A DNA stretch of 64,000 nt, from contig CM059431.1 in NCBI GenBank assembly GCA_030390025.1, positions 152,832,001-152,896,000 on the forward strand. The letters run 5' to 3'. Below the pieces are notes generated by a model. It was not told where the DNA came from, searched no databases, and saw only the letters and a program-made list of their open reading frames with translations. The translations under genes and the position numbers were made by a program. The DNA is from Squalus acanthias (Eukaryota). This document shows positions 51,393 to 63,526 of this stretch, one piece after another. Numbering within the stretch: position 1 is the first letter of the stretch; the number at the start of each line of letters is the position of its first letter.

Positions 51393-51512
51393 ACGAGTTG
51401 CTTCAACGAAGGAGGAAGACATCGTGGATGAAGAAGGAATCAACTGAGTGCCTGGCAAGACCTTTATGAAAACAAGAATCAGTACACACACCGGATCGAA
51501 GGAACAGTGTGT
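51200..51512 (+). pseudogene. Short ORF in the env position overlapping the pol tail (ORF-X); second copy at 26795-27120
   Basis: ATG inside pol codons AAT-GGA; the two copies have stops at different codons; merged reading is ~108 aa. Confidence 0.5.
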
Positions 51513-52689
51513 GACCAGTGCTAGTGCGAGCAAGCACTGAGTGCGAGTCAGCAGAGAGTGCTGCGATTGGGTAAGTGTGACAGTTCTTTAATTGTTAGTT
51601 CTCTTTAAATCATTCTTGATAAGAGTACTTAAGCAGTTTAAGTGAAGGGTAAAAGTTAAATATTTGGGATTCTGTTGGTTGAAGAAGATTGGCTGCCTCA
51701 TCAGCCAGTAGAAGGAGACTGAGGAGAGCAGCAGCAGCAGCAGAAGCAGAAGCAGAGTGGTGGTCTCCTTGACCAGGGAGAGGAGGAGGAACCAGAACCA
51801 GACTGCAGACCACCACCAACCCAACAACCACTCCAACTGAGGTGCCTGGAGAGAGAGGACAGGAGAGGAGAGGGAGAAGGAGAAAGGAAGGCCAAATAAA
51901 CATCACCAGAGGAGGAGAGGCCTTTCCATAGTGCCTCCCCAATTGGCCTCCATTTTAGGAGAGGGAGAGAGGGGAGAAAAACAACACCAGCAACCATCAT
52001 CTGCTTGGAAGGAGGGAGGAAGAAAAGAACAACTGCAGGTGAGTTTGTTTTGCAGGTGGGGGGAGGAAAGAAGAAAAGAAGAGGGCCGGAATATCCAAGG
52101 GGTGTGTGTGTGTGTGTGTGGCTTTTGAAAGAACTAGGCCGCACACACCACTAATTAAACACCCCTTCCCATTGCCTGACCTGGGACAGCTGGAGCTGCC
52201 TAGGTGAAGTCCCCAATTCAATTAACCTGATTGGGGCATCGTTAAGACCTGGTGCAGGACTGAGCCTGGGCATCTCTAGCTTTCCCAGGTGAAGACATCT
52301 TCTCCCCCCACCAGAAGACCACCGGAGAGGACTCTAATTTACATCGGAGAGTGCACCCCCTGCCAACACCCACCCACCCACCATCCTGAGTGGCGACCCT
52401 GCCCTTGTGGCTTCCCTCCTTCCCACCCCCACTCTCTCTCTCTTTGTCTCTTGTCTCTCTCTGCCTCTCTCTCTATCAGATAGGCACCTCAATTTACTTT
52501 TATTAATTGCCCATTGAGCAGAGGGGAGAAGGCCCCTCTCCTAATCCATTCAAATAAAGGGAGAGGTGTACCTTCAATTTAAGAGCTCCCTCTGCTCAGG
52601 GGAAAAAAAAAAACCCACAAAACCCAATGCCATTAACACCGTCAGGCCTGTGACTTGGGGTGAGTGTAGCCCTTAAAGACCCACCCATT

Positions 52690-54876
52690 ATGGCGAGCAC
52701 ATCTTCGTCGGTGGCGGGGGCAGCGAGGACGTATGCGAGCGTAGCAGCTGCGGCCACGGCCGCAGCCACGAGTCCTCCTGTTACCCCGTCACCTTTTACC
52801 CTCCTTACGAGGACGAATGGGGTCAAGAGCTACACTCACCCCAACATGAGTATAGAGGCGTGTGTAAAAGCCATGGCTGGGGTTGTCGGCCCTTCAGCCA
52901 TCGTTGCCGCCTCTAAAATGTACGGCAAGGCTGTGTTCTTCCTGGGGTCGGAGCGGGCGGTGTCCCTGGCCATCGAGAAGGGGCTCACCGTGGGCGGGAC
53001 CTTCCTGCCGGTGGACCCCCTTGAGGCCACCGCGCAAAGGATAGTTATTTCCAACGTCCCGCCCTTTGTTCCGGGTGAGCTCCTCCTCCCCCACCTACGT
53101 CAACTGGGGGAGGTGAGGTCGGGGATCACACCCATCCACTCGGCTTCCGGGAAGCCAGCCTCCGGCACGTCTTCTCCTTCCGGCGCCAGCTTTTCATCCA
53201 GCTGGCGTGGGAGGAGGACGCGGACGGCGCGTTCATGGTGCTCCACGGGGGGACTGCCCATCGCGTCTTCTGGACCTCGGACGGCGTGCGGTGCTACGCC
53301 TGTAAGGGGGTGGGGCACGTCCGCAAAAACTGCCCCGCCTCCAAGGCCGCCACGACACCTGGCGCGGCCAGGGCTGGCGCCGCAGCACCCACTCCACCTG
53401 ATACTACCCGCGCGTCGAAATCCACAGATGCGCGGTCGACGTCGGGGGCCAACACCATCACGGCCTCCAGCGGGGGGGAGGGAGAGCGTCCGAGGGGAAG
53501 GAAGGCGCTGAGAAAGACCAAACACCTAAGGGCGGATCCCCTCGTGGAGGAAACCACCGATTTGCCTGAACTCACGCCCGCGCTCATCGCGGAATTGACG
53601 GGGACGCGTGAGGCTGGGGGGGTCCTCGTGCCCGGGCACGTGACCGTGACCACAACTGCCAAGGCAGCTAAATCAAGACCTGCGGCCGGGCTCGGGCCCG
53701 AGGGGCCCAAGAAACCCAGTCATCGGAAGGGGGCAGACAGGGAGGCCCCAGCAGACATGGAGGCCTACCCCTCTCCGGGCCCCAACATGTTAAAAAGGAA
53801 GCTCTACCCCCAGGAGGAGGACAGAGAGGAGGAAGGTCCCTCCGCAAAAGGGGAGTCGTCGCCCGCCGCGGGTGCTGCGCCCCACCCCACCGCTGTCACC
53901 ATCGTGCGCGATCGGCAGGGGTCTCCTGTCCCTCGGGAGGGTGAGACAGACAAGTCTGTCGCACCCGTGCCTCCCGGGGATGGGGAAGAGACCCTGCCCG
54001 TGGGTGGGTGCGCGGAACAACCCGCGGAATTAAATAAAAAAGGAATACCAGAACCGTTGCTCCTCGCCGGGTCGGGCGTCCTGGGGACTGGGGCGGGCGA
54101 GGCCAAAGAGGCCGGTACTGAGCCCGCCCACTACGACCCAGATATATCCCAGGGACTGCTCGAACTGGTCGAGGATTGTAATACGAATCCCCAGCCCGCT
54201 GGGTCGGAGGCTGGTGGCGGGGAGATAGAAAGCCCCCTGACTCCGTCTCTGACGTTGGCGCCGGACGTGCTAGAAGAACTGGGAATTTTTTACTCCCCAG
54301 TTTCTCCGGTCGCTCCGGCGCCTGAGGCAGAGGGGGGCCCCCGAACCGCTGCCGCCACCCGGCCCGGCGCCCCTGAAGGAGCCCAGGGTGGACTCCTCTG
54401 CCACCGATCCTGGGGGTGGGATCGTGACAGACGCGGGACCGGCCGGTGCGGCAGGGCCGTTCACTGCACCCCGTGCGACGGACTGGTTGGCCGCCGGTGA
54501 CGACCTCCCAGAGGAGGACGGGGAGTCGGTGTTGGGCACTGAGGACGATTTGGAGTCCATCACCAGTGAGACGGTGGACGCCCTCGTGCCTCGCACCGCC
54601 TCTCCCTTCATCCCCGTAGGGAAACTCCGGGTTTTTATGGCCACGTGCCGGGGTCGTCATCATAAGATCCGGCTGGCCCTCGACAAATGGTCGGAGCTGG
54701 CGCTGCTCGTCCGGTCCGTCCGCGCCGCCATTAAAATCATGGGCGCGGACAAGGACGTAAACCGGGCCGAGCTGCGTCGGCTCAAGGCGTTCCACGCTGG
54801 GCTGCTGAGGGAGTGGCGGTCGTCAGTGACCGCGCTCCCTCCCCCCCGTTGGGTAGAGGTTGCACTATGCTTCTGA
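52690..54876 (+). pseudogene. Tx1 ORF1 (gag-like with CCHC knuckle), two frameshifts
   Basis: IVAASKMYGKAVFFL, ISNVPPFVP, CYACKGVGHVRKNC; split over ORFs 52660, 53235 and 54388. Confidence 0.88.
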
Positions 54877-54877
54877 G

Positions 54878-57800
54878 ATGAAGATAACCATAGCCAGCCT
54901 CAACATCAACGGCAGCAGGGAGGCGCGCCGTAGATTCAATAACTTCTCGGTCCTTCGGGACGGGAAATATGCAGGTGTGCTTCCTGCAAGAAACCCACAC
55001 CGTTCCGGGAGACGAGGCCACGTGGCTCCTGGAGTGGCAAGGAGGTGTCAGCATGAGTCACCTCTCCAACAATTCCTGCGGGGTGGCCGTCTTGCTGGCC
55101 CCGCATTTTCAGCCGGGGATCTTGAGGGTCAAGGAGCACGTGCCGGGCCGCTTGCTCCAAGTCACTGTTCGCCTGGGAGGCGTGCCGCTCCATTTAGTGA
55201 ACATCTACGCCCCCCAGTGCGCTTCTTCGGAGAAGTGTCCGCTCTTCTGGGCTCCATCGACGTGGGCGAGTGCGTCGTCCTCGGGGGGGATTTCAATTGT
55301 ACCCTCGAGGTGCGGGACCGGTATGGTCCCCCGCGAAGCCCGGCGGTGATGGAGAAGTTGCAGGACCTGGTCGGGTCCTTCGACTTGGTGGACGTCTGGC
55401 GAAATCTCCATCCCGACTCCAGCGCCTTCACTTGGGTGGGGTCTGGAGGAGGGAGGTCCAGAATCGACTGCCTTTACATTTCCCGGGTGTACGTCTCCTG
55501 TGTTCCGGCAGTTTCCATGCTGCCGGTGCCGTGCACGGACCACCACCTGGTGTGGGCGGAGCTCGCTCCGCTGCGCGCGCGGGGGGAGGTCCGCGTACTA
55601 GCATTTTAACAACCTGCTGCTGGAGGACGCGCGGTTCCGGGATTCGTTTCGCCGGTTCTGGGCCGACTGGAGAAGGAAGCGGGGAGGCTTCCCCTCCTTG
55701 AGGCTATGGTGGGACGTGGGCAAGGCTCACGTCCGCGTCTTCTGTCAGGAGTACGTGAAGGGGTCGACCAAGAGGCGGGAGGCACGGGTCGGGCGATTGG
55801 AGAAAGAAGTGCTCGACCTGGAGTCCCGTCTCGGTCAAGTCGTCGAAGACCCGGCCCTGCGGAAGGTGTATGAAGAGAAGAAGGGCGCGCTGAAGGACCT
55901 GCAGTTAGTCGGGTCCCGAGGCGCGTACGTGAGGTCGCGGATCCAGTTCCTGCGGGACCTGGACCGCGGCTCCCCCTTCTTCTACTCGCTGGAAAAAAGA
56001 CGGGGGGTCCGTAAGCAGCTCTTGGGGCTGCAGGCCGACGACGGATCTCTGGTCTCGGATCCGGAGGGCATCAGCGCGGAGGCCCGGGCCTATTACAGGG
56101 CTCTGTTCTCTTCGGATCCGTCCAGCGAGGATGTGCACAGAGTTTTGTGGGAGGACCTGCCGAAGGTCGGCCCGGAGGGCGCCGAGAATTTAGAAGCTCC
56201 GCTAAGCCTGGCGGAGCTGACCGGCGCCCTGCGCCAGCTCTCGAGGGGCAAGTCCCCGGGGCTGGACGGGCTGACCGTGGAGTTCCACAGGGCGTTCTGG
56301 GACGTCTTGGTGGACGACTACGCGCGGGTCCTGGGGGAAAGTCTGGCGACCGGGGAGATGCCCCTCTCTTGGCGCAGGGCGGTCATCGTCCTGCTGCCCA
56401 AGAAGGGTGATCTCCGCCTTCTTAATAACTGGTGCCCGGTCTCCCTCCTCAGCACGGACTACAAAATTTTCGCCAGGGCTATGTCTGCTCGCCTTGGCAC
56501 CGTGCTGGCCCACATGATCCACCCCGACCAGTCCTACACGGTCCCGGGCCGGTCAATCCACGACAACATCCACCTGGTCCGGGACCTGGTCCACCATTCC
56601 CAGAGGGCTGGTCTGTCGGTCGCCTTCCTTTCCCTGGATCAGGAGAAGGCGTTCGACAGGGTGGATCCCGAGTATCTTTTCGGGACTCTGCGCGCATTCG
56701 GGTTCGGGACGCATTTCGTCGCCCGGATCCGACTTCTGTACGCCGCCGCGGAGTGTCTGGTTAAAGTTAACGGGTCTTTGACGGCGCCCCTTCGCTTCGG
56801 GAGCGGGGTGCGTCAGGGATGCCCCATGTCCGGTCAGTTATACGTCGTTTGCGTGGAGCCTTTCCTGCGCCTCTTGCGGAAGAGGTTGACGGGACTGGCT
56901 CTGCAAGGGCCGGGTGTGGAGGTGGTCCTCTCGGCTTACGCCGATGACGTACTCCTCGCGGTCACGGAACCCGTCGACTTGCGGAGGATGCGAGAATGCC
57001 AGCAGATTTACTCGGACGCATCCTCCGCCAAGATCAACTGGGAGAAATGTTCTGGATTCCTGGTGGGCCCATGGCAGGTGGACTCCCTGCCGGAGGAGTT
57101 CAGGACCTTTGCCTGGAGCACAACGCACCTCCTCTACCTGGGAGTCTACCTCAGCCCGGCCGAGGACGCCTGGCCGGCGAACTGGCAAGAGCAGGAGGCC
57201 AAAGTCACCGCTCGCCTAGGACGCTGGAGAGGACTACTCCGAGTGTTGTCCTACAGGGGTGGAGTGCTGGTCATAAATCAGCTGATGGCCGCCATGTTGT
57301 TGTACCGGTTGGTCACTTTGATCCCTCCCCCTGCGTTTGTCGCCAAGATGCAGAAGAAGCTCGTCGACTTCTTCTGGGACAAAAGGAAGCACTGGGTCTC
57401 TGCTGCGGTTCTGTGTCTCCTGCTTAGGGAGGGCGGTCAGGCGCTGGTGTGCCTTCGCACCCAGGCGGCGACTTTCCATCTTCAGACGCTGCAGAGATAC
57501 CCATACGTGGAGAATCCTCCTTGGTGGCGTGCGCTGGCTACGTATTTCTTCCGCCAGCTGCACGGCCTCAATTACGACACGCAGCTCCTGTTCGTGAGAG
57601 TGGGCGGCACGTGTGCCAGCTTGCGGGAGCTGCCTTTCTTCTACCAGGAACTGCTTTTGGTTTGGAATAGCGTCGCCTCCAGGCGCAGTTCTCCCCCATC
57701 AGGAGCGGCGGCAGTCCTTCGGGAGCCGCTGCTCAGGAATCCGCACCTCCACGAACGCGGGTTCGGTCGTCTGGCGGAGGGCAGGGCTGTGACTAGAGTC

Positions 57801-58751
57801 GGGGACCTGCTCGATGGCAGAGGAGCGGGCTGGATGGCGGCAGAGGAGTTGGCGAGGCGCATGTCTTGGATCAACGTCCGGCTCGCGGTCAAAGCCATCG
57901 AGTCGCTAAAAGTGGCACTGGGCCCCGACTCCACTAGGTGTATCGAGGAGGCTCAAGCACGTGGGGCGATCCCGTCCGAGCTGACCCCCGTTCGGACGGA
58001 ATTCCTTATCAGCGCCCGGCCCCGACTCCTCCCTCGGGAGCCGCCGCCTCACCACTTGAGCCTTCTCGGAGAAATGCCCTCCGTGCCCTTTCAACCCGCA
58101 CGGAGGCGTTTCCAGTACGGGCTGCTCCTGCACACTCTCCAGTTTGCCATCTTCGTCTGCCGTCCGGACACGCCTTGGCGTACCATCTTGCCGTCCGGCG
58201 GAGGCGAAGGTCCCCAATGGAGGGCTCTCTAAGCGGGAGTCTTCCCTTGTTCTATTGGGGACTTGGCCTGGAGGGTGTTGCACGGAGCAGTCCCGTGCAA
58301 TAGGCTGTTAAGTAGGTTTACGGACTCCAAGGCCGCTTGACATTTCTGCGGCCTGGAGGAGTCCGTGTTTCACGTTTACGTAGAGTGTGAGAGTTTGCAG
58401 CCCCTCTTTCATTACTTGAAGGGGCTGCTTCTCAATTTCTGGTTGCACTTCAGCCCCACGCTCCTGATCTACGGTCACGCGGTGTGGAGGGGAGCGGGCA
58501 GGTCGGAGGACCTCCTCGTGGGACTGCTCTTGGGCCTGGCTAAGAAAGCCATTAATTGGTCCAGGCAGCGGGTGGTCGAGGGGGTCATTCGGCCCGATTG
58601 CCTGCCTCTCTTCCGCGGCCATGTTCGCGCCCGGGTGGCCCTGGAGATGGCGCACGCGGTGTCCGCCGGCACGCGTGAGTTTTTCCGCGACCGGTGGGTG
58701 CCCCGGGGACTGGAGTGCATCGTCACCCCTGACTACCAAATTTTAATTTAA
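54878..58751 (+). pseudogene. Tx1 ORF2 (APE, RT, C-terminal zinc motif), frameshifts in APE and a stop at 58230
   Basis: ASLNING, FLQETH, GGDFNC, TDH; KSPGLDGL, LDQEKAFD, GVRQGCP, AYADD; FCGLEESVFHVYVEC. Confidence 0.93.
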
Positions 58752-59233
58752 TTTGTTAAGTTTCCTTTAAAGTTTTATTTCCTTACAGATAATTGATTGG
58801 TTTACATTAAAAGAGTAAGAAGAGTAAAACAAGTTTGCAATGCAGTAGGAGTACATTTGCACAGCAACAGTTGAAAACAGTTTTCTAATCAATCAGCAGG
58901 GGTGACTCATTTGGCTGTAAACAAACAAACAGTATAAAAAGACCAGTGCTAATGCGAGCAAGCACTGAGTGCGAGTCAGCAGAGAGTGCTGAGTTTGGGT
59001 AAGTGTGAGTTCGGGTGAGTGAAGTGTAGGGTGCTCTTTTCAAACTTTAACTCTGTGGGTTGCAGTTAATAAGGCCTTCCTGGTGCAGAGTGACTGTTGG
59101 TAAACTATTTAACTTGTGTAATTTAGAGGGATTGATTTAATTTAAATCCAATTAATTAGAGGGGTACTACCATCTATAATCGGGCAGAAAGTGTCCAAAT
59201 CTAACAATAAAACAAATTAATTAATTACATAGG

Positions 59234-60190
59234 ATGGAGCAGGTGATGTGTTACTGTTGTGAAATGTGGGAGCCGGTGTACCCCATTGAGGCTCACGGTG
59301 ACTACATTTGTGACAAGTGTCTGCTGCTACAGGAACTCCAGCTCCGTGTTGATGAGCTGGAGTCTGAGCTTCAGAAACTGCGACACATCAGGAGGGGGAG
59401 AAGTACCTGGACTCTGTGTTTCAGGAGGTGGTCACACCTATGAAGTTAATTAATTCAGATGTAGCCCATGGTCAGGGACAGGACGGTGTGACTACGAGTG
59501 AGGCAGGTACGGGGATCCAGGAGGTAGTGTTGGAGGAGCCACAGCCCTTGCTCTAGTCCAACAGGTTCGAGGTTCTAACTCCCTGTGGGGACAGGAGCAG
59601 GGACTGCAGGGAGGATGAGTAACGTGGCCACAGCACCGTGGAACGGGGGGCCAATAAAGAGGGGGGAGTAAATAGAAGTGTTGTAGTGGTAGGGGCTAGT
59701 ATTATTAGGGGAATAGATAGAGTTATCTGCAGCCGAGTGCGAGAGTCCCGTAGGCTGTGTTGCCTGCCCGGTGCCAGGGTTAAGGTCAACTCCTCTGGGC
59801 TGGAAAGAAACTTGCAGTGGGAGGGGGTGGATCCAGTTGTCGTGGTCCATGTATGTACAAACGACATCGATAGGACAAGGAAGCCGGTTCTGTTAAAGGA
59901 GTATGAGCAGCTAGGGGTCAAATAAAAAAAAACAGAACCTCAATGGTAATAATCTCTGGATTATTACCTGAGCCACGAGCGAATTTGGCTGGGACAAATA
60001 AAATTAGAGAGTTAAATGAGTGGCTCAAAAACTGGTGTGGTACAAATGGGTTTTGCTTCCTGGGACACTGGCACCAGTATTGGAGCTGGAGGGAGCTGTT
60101 CCGTTAGGACGGGCTTCACTTGGCCAGTGCTGGGACTAGAGTCCTGGCGGATCATACAACTAGGGCTGTAGAGAAGGCTTTAAACTTTCT
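59234..60190 (+). pseudogene. CR1 ORF1 (zinc finger plus esterase), decayed
   Basis: MEQVMCYCC...CDKC...LCCLPGARVK...HVCTND; closely similar to ORF1 at 18570-19496. Confidence 0.9.
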
Positions 60191-60427
60191 AATGGGGGGG
60201 GGGGGGGGGGGAGGTTCCTAGAGAGCAAATAAAAATGAAAATAGAGAAGGTCATAGACTTAGGTAGCAGTAAGGAAATTAAAAACCAGAGTGTGTCAGGA
60301 AGGGGCAGAAGGTATGGAGTAAAAGGTAAAGTAATAAAAAGGGCAAAAGCAGGAACTAAGTGTCACAAAACATATTTGAAAGTTCTCTATCTGAATGCAC
60401 GGAACATTCATAACAAAATAGACGAGT

Positions 60428-63400
60428 TAGAAACATAGAAACATAGAAAATAGGTACAGGAGTAGACCATTCGGTCCTTCGAGCCTGCACCGCCATTCAA
60501 TGCGTTCATGGCTGAACATGCTACCTCAGTACCCCATTCCTGCTTTCTCGCCATACCCCTTGATCCCCCTAGTTGTGAGTGTTATATCTAACTCCCTTTT
60601 GAATATATTTAGCGAACTGGCCTCAACAACCTTCTGTGGAAGAGAATTCCATAGATTCACCACTCTCTGGGTGAAGAAGTTCCTCCTCAGCTCAGTCTTA
60701 AATGGCTTCCCCTTAATCCTTAGACTGTGACCCATGGTTCTAGTTTTCCCTAACATTGGGAACATTCTGCCCGCATCTAATTTGTCTAAACCAGTCAGGA
60801 TTTTAAATGTCTCTATAAGATCCCCCCTCATTCTTCTGAACTCCAGAGGATACAAGTTCAGTTGACCCAATCTTTCTTGATATGTCAGGCCGGCCATCCC
60901 AGGAATCAATCTAGTGAACCTTCGCTGCACTCCCTCGATAGCAAGAATGTCCTTCCTTAAGTTAGGAGATCAAAACTGCGCACAATACTCCAGGTGTGGC
61001 CTCACCAAGGCCCTGTACAACTGCAGCATCACCTCCCTACTCCTGTACTCAAATCCCCTTACTATGAAGGCCATCATTCCGTTTGCTTTCATGACTGCCT
61101 GCTGCACTTGCATTCCCACCTTCAGTGACTGATGTACCATGACGCCCAGGTCTCGTTGCACCTCCCCTTTCCCTAATCTGCCACCATTCAGGTAATAGTC
61201 CGCCTCTCTATTTTTACCACCAAAGTGGATAACCTCACATTTATCCACATTGTACTTCATCTGCCGTACATTTGCCCATTCACCCAACCTGTCCAAGTCA
61301 CTCTGTAGCCTCCTAGCATCCTCCTCATTGTTCACACTGCCTCCCAATTTAGTGTAATCCGCAAATTTGGAGATATTACAATTAATCCCTTCGTCCAAAT
61401 CATTAATATATAATGTAAACAGCTGGGGTCCCAGCACCGAACCCTGCGGTACCCCGCTGGTCACTGCCTGCCATTCTGAAAAGTACCCATTTACTCCTAC
61501 TCTTTGTTTCCTGTGTGCCAACCAGTTCTCAATCCACGTCAACACATTACCCCGAATCCCATGTGCTTTAACTCTGCTCACCAATCTCGTGTGGGACCTT
61601 GTCGAATGCCTTCTGAAAGTCCAAATACACCACATCTACTGGTTCCCCCCTGTCCACCCTATTGGAAACATCCTCCAAAAATTCCAGAAGATTTGTCAAG
61701 CATGATTTCCCTTTCACAAATCCATGCTGACTTGGACCTATCATGTCGCCACTTTCCAAATGGTCTGTTATGACATCTTTAATAATTGCTTCCATCATTT
61801 TACCCACGACCGATGTCAGGCTGACCGGTCTATAATTCCCTGCTTTCTCCCTCCCTCCTTTTTTAAAAAGAGGGGTTACATTGGCCACCCTCCACTCCAT
61901 CGGAACTGATCCAGAGTCTAAGGAATGTTGGAAAATGATCGTCAATGCATCCACTATTTCCAAGGCCACCTCCTTAAGTACTCTGGGATGCAGACCATCA
62001 GGCCCCGGGGATTTTTCAGCCTTCAGTCCCATCAATTTCCCCAATACCTTTTCCCGACTAATAAGGATTTCCCTCAGCTCCTCCCTCTTACCAGATCCTC
62101 TGACCCCTTTTATTTCCGGCAGGTTGTGTGTGTCCTCCACAGTAAACACCGAACCAAAGTACTTGTTCAATTGATCAGCCATTTCCGTGTTCCCCATTAC
62201 GACTTCCCCTGTTTCCGATTGCAGGGGACCTACGTTTGTTTTTACTAACCTCTTTCTTTTTACATATTTATAGAAGCTTTTGCAGTCCATTTTAATGTTC
62301 TCTGCAAGCTTCCTTTCATAGTTTTATTTTCCCTGCCCTAATCAAACACTTCGTCCTCCCCTGCTGAGTTTTGAAGTTCTCCCAGTCCCCGGGTTTGCTG
62401 CTACTTCTGGCCAATTTGTATGCAACTTCCTTGGTTTTAATAATATCCCTGATTTCCCTTGTTAGCCATGGTTGAGCCACCTTCCCTTTTTTATTTTTAT
62501 GCCAGACCGGGATGTACAATGCTTGTAGTTCATCCATGCGATCTCTAAATGTCTGCCATTGCCCTACCACTGATAGCCCCTTAAATATCGCTTGCTAATT
62601 TAACCTCACCAATTCACGCCTCATACCCTCAAAGTTGCCCTTATTTAAGTTCTGGACCATGGTCTCTGAATTAACTCTTTCCTTCTCCATCCTAAATGTA
62701 GAACTCCAACATACTATGGTCACTCTTCCCCAGGGGGGCTCGTACCACAATATTGCTGATTAGTCCTTCCTCATTACACAACACCCAGTCCAGGATGGCC
62801 TCCCCTCGCGTTGGTTCCTCAACATATTGGTTTAGGAAACCATCCCTTAAACACTCCAGGAAATCCTCTTCCACCGTATTGCTTCCAGTTTGAGTAGCCC
62901 AATCTATATGCATATTAAAGTCACCCATGATAACTGCTGCGCCTTTTTTGCACGCACCTCTGATTTCCTGTTTCATACCCTCCCCCACCTCACTACTGCT
63001 GTTTGGAGGTCTGTACACAACTCCCACTAACGTTTTCTGCCCTTTGGTGTTCTGCAGCTCAACCCATATTGATTCCACATCCTCCAAGCTGATGTCCTTC
63101 CTAGCTATTGCATTAATCTCATCTTTAACCAGCAATGCTACCCCACCCCCTTTTCCTTTTATTCTATCCTTCCTGAATGTTGAATACCCCTGGATGTTCA
63201 GTTCCCAGCCTTGATTGTTCTGCAGCCACGTCTCTGTAATCCCAATCACATCGTATCCGTTAGCATCTATTTGCACAGTCAATTCATCCACCGTATTACG
63301 GATACTCCTTGCATTAAGACACAGAGCAGTTAGGCTTGTTTTATTAACATCCTTTGTCCTTTTAGACTTATGATTTAGTATGGCCCTTTGTGTTTCTTGC

Positions 63401-63526
63401 CTTTGTTTACTGGGCCTTCCCCTATTGTTTCTCACCCTTCTAACATTTGTTTCTGAATGCATATTACTTCCCCCTGTTTCGCTACATAGATTCCCATTCC
63501 CCTGCCATATTAGTTTAAATCCTCCC
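60428..63526 (-). mobile_element. CR1 LINE (different subfamily): complete but frameshifted ORF2 and 3' tail
   Basis: APE (LCLNARS, ITETW, GDFN, SDH) and RT (GVPQGSVLGP, FADY) split across five ORFs; (TGTTTCTA)n tail at ~60430-60450. Confidence 0.93.

Larger units (their letters stand above)
44375..51512 (+). mobile_element. Foamy-virus-like (spuma-type) endogenous retrovirus, decayed, 3' part displaced by nested insertions
   Basis: LTR-PBS-gag-pol order with spumavirus-diagnostic motifs (see sub-features). Confidence 0.93.
51628..58810 (+). mobile_element. Tx1-clade non-LTR retrotransposon, near full length (ends approximate)
   Basis: GC-rich ORF1 and ORF2 of Tx1 type; short AT-rich 3'UTR; candidate TSD AAGAGTA (51621-51627 and 58811-58817 or 58820-58826). 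Confidence 0.85.
51513..60430 (+). mobile_element. CR1 LINE 5' half (51513-51627 plus ~58811-60430), split by Tx1 and cut off in early ORF2
   Basis: 68-bp leader at 51513 and 58941; decayed esterase ORF1; start of APE (KVLYLNARNIHNKIDEL) at ~60380-60430. Confidence 0.75.

Noticed and set aside
51588..52221. Hydrophobic minus-strand ORFs (possible env or membrane protein)
   Set aside because: Translations of purine-rich low-complexity and microsatellite sequence in the Tx1 5'UTR, on the wrong strand for env
53100..54795. Long antisense and alternative-frame ORFs in Tx1
   Set aside because: Expected in GC-rich sequence; no recognisable motifs
51513..59008. True LTR retrotransposon defined by the 68-bp direct repeats
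   Set aside because: No TG..CA ends, PBS or integrase; the content is an APE-RT non-LTR element
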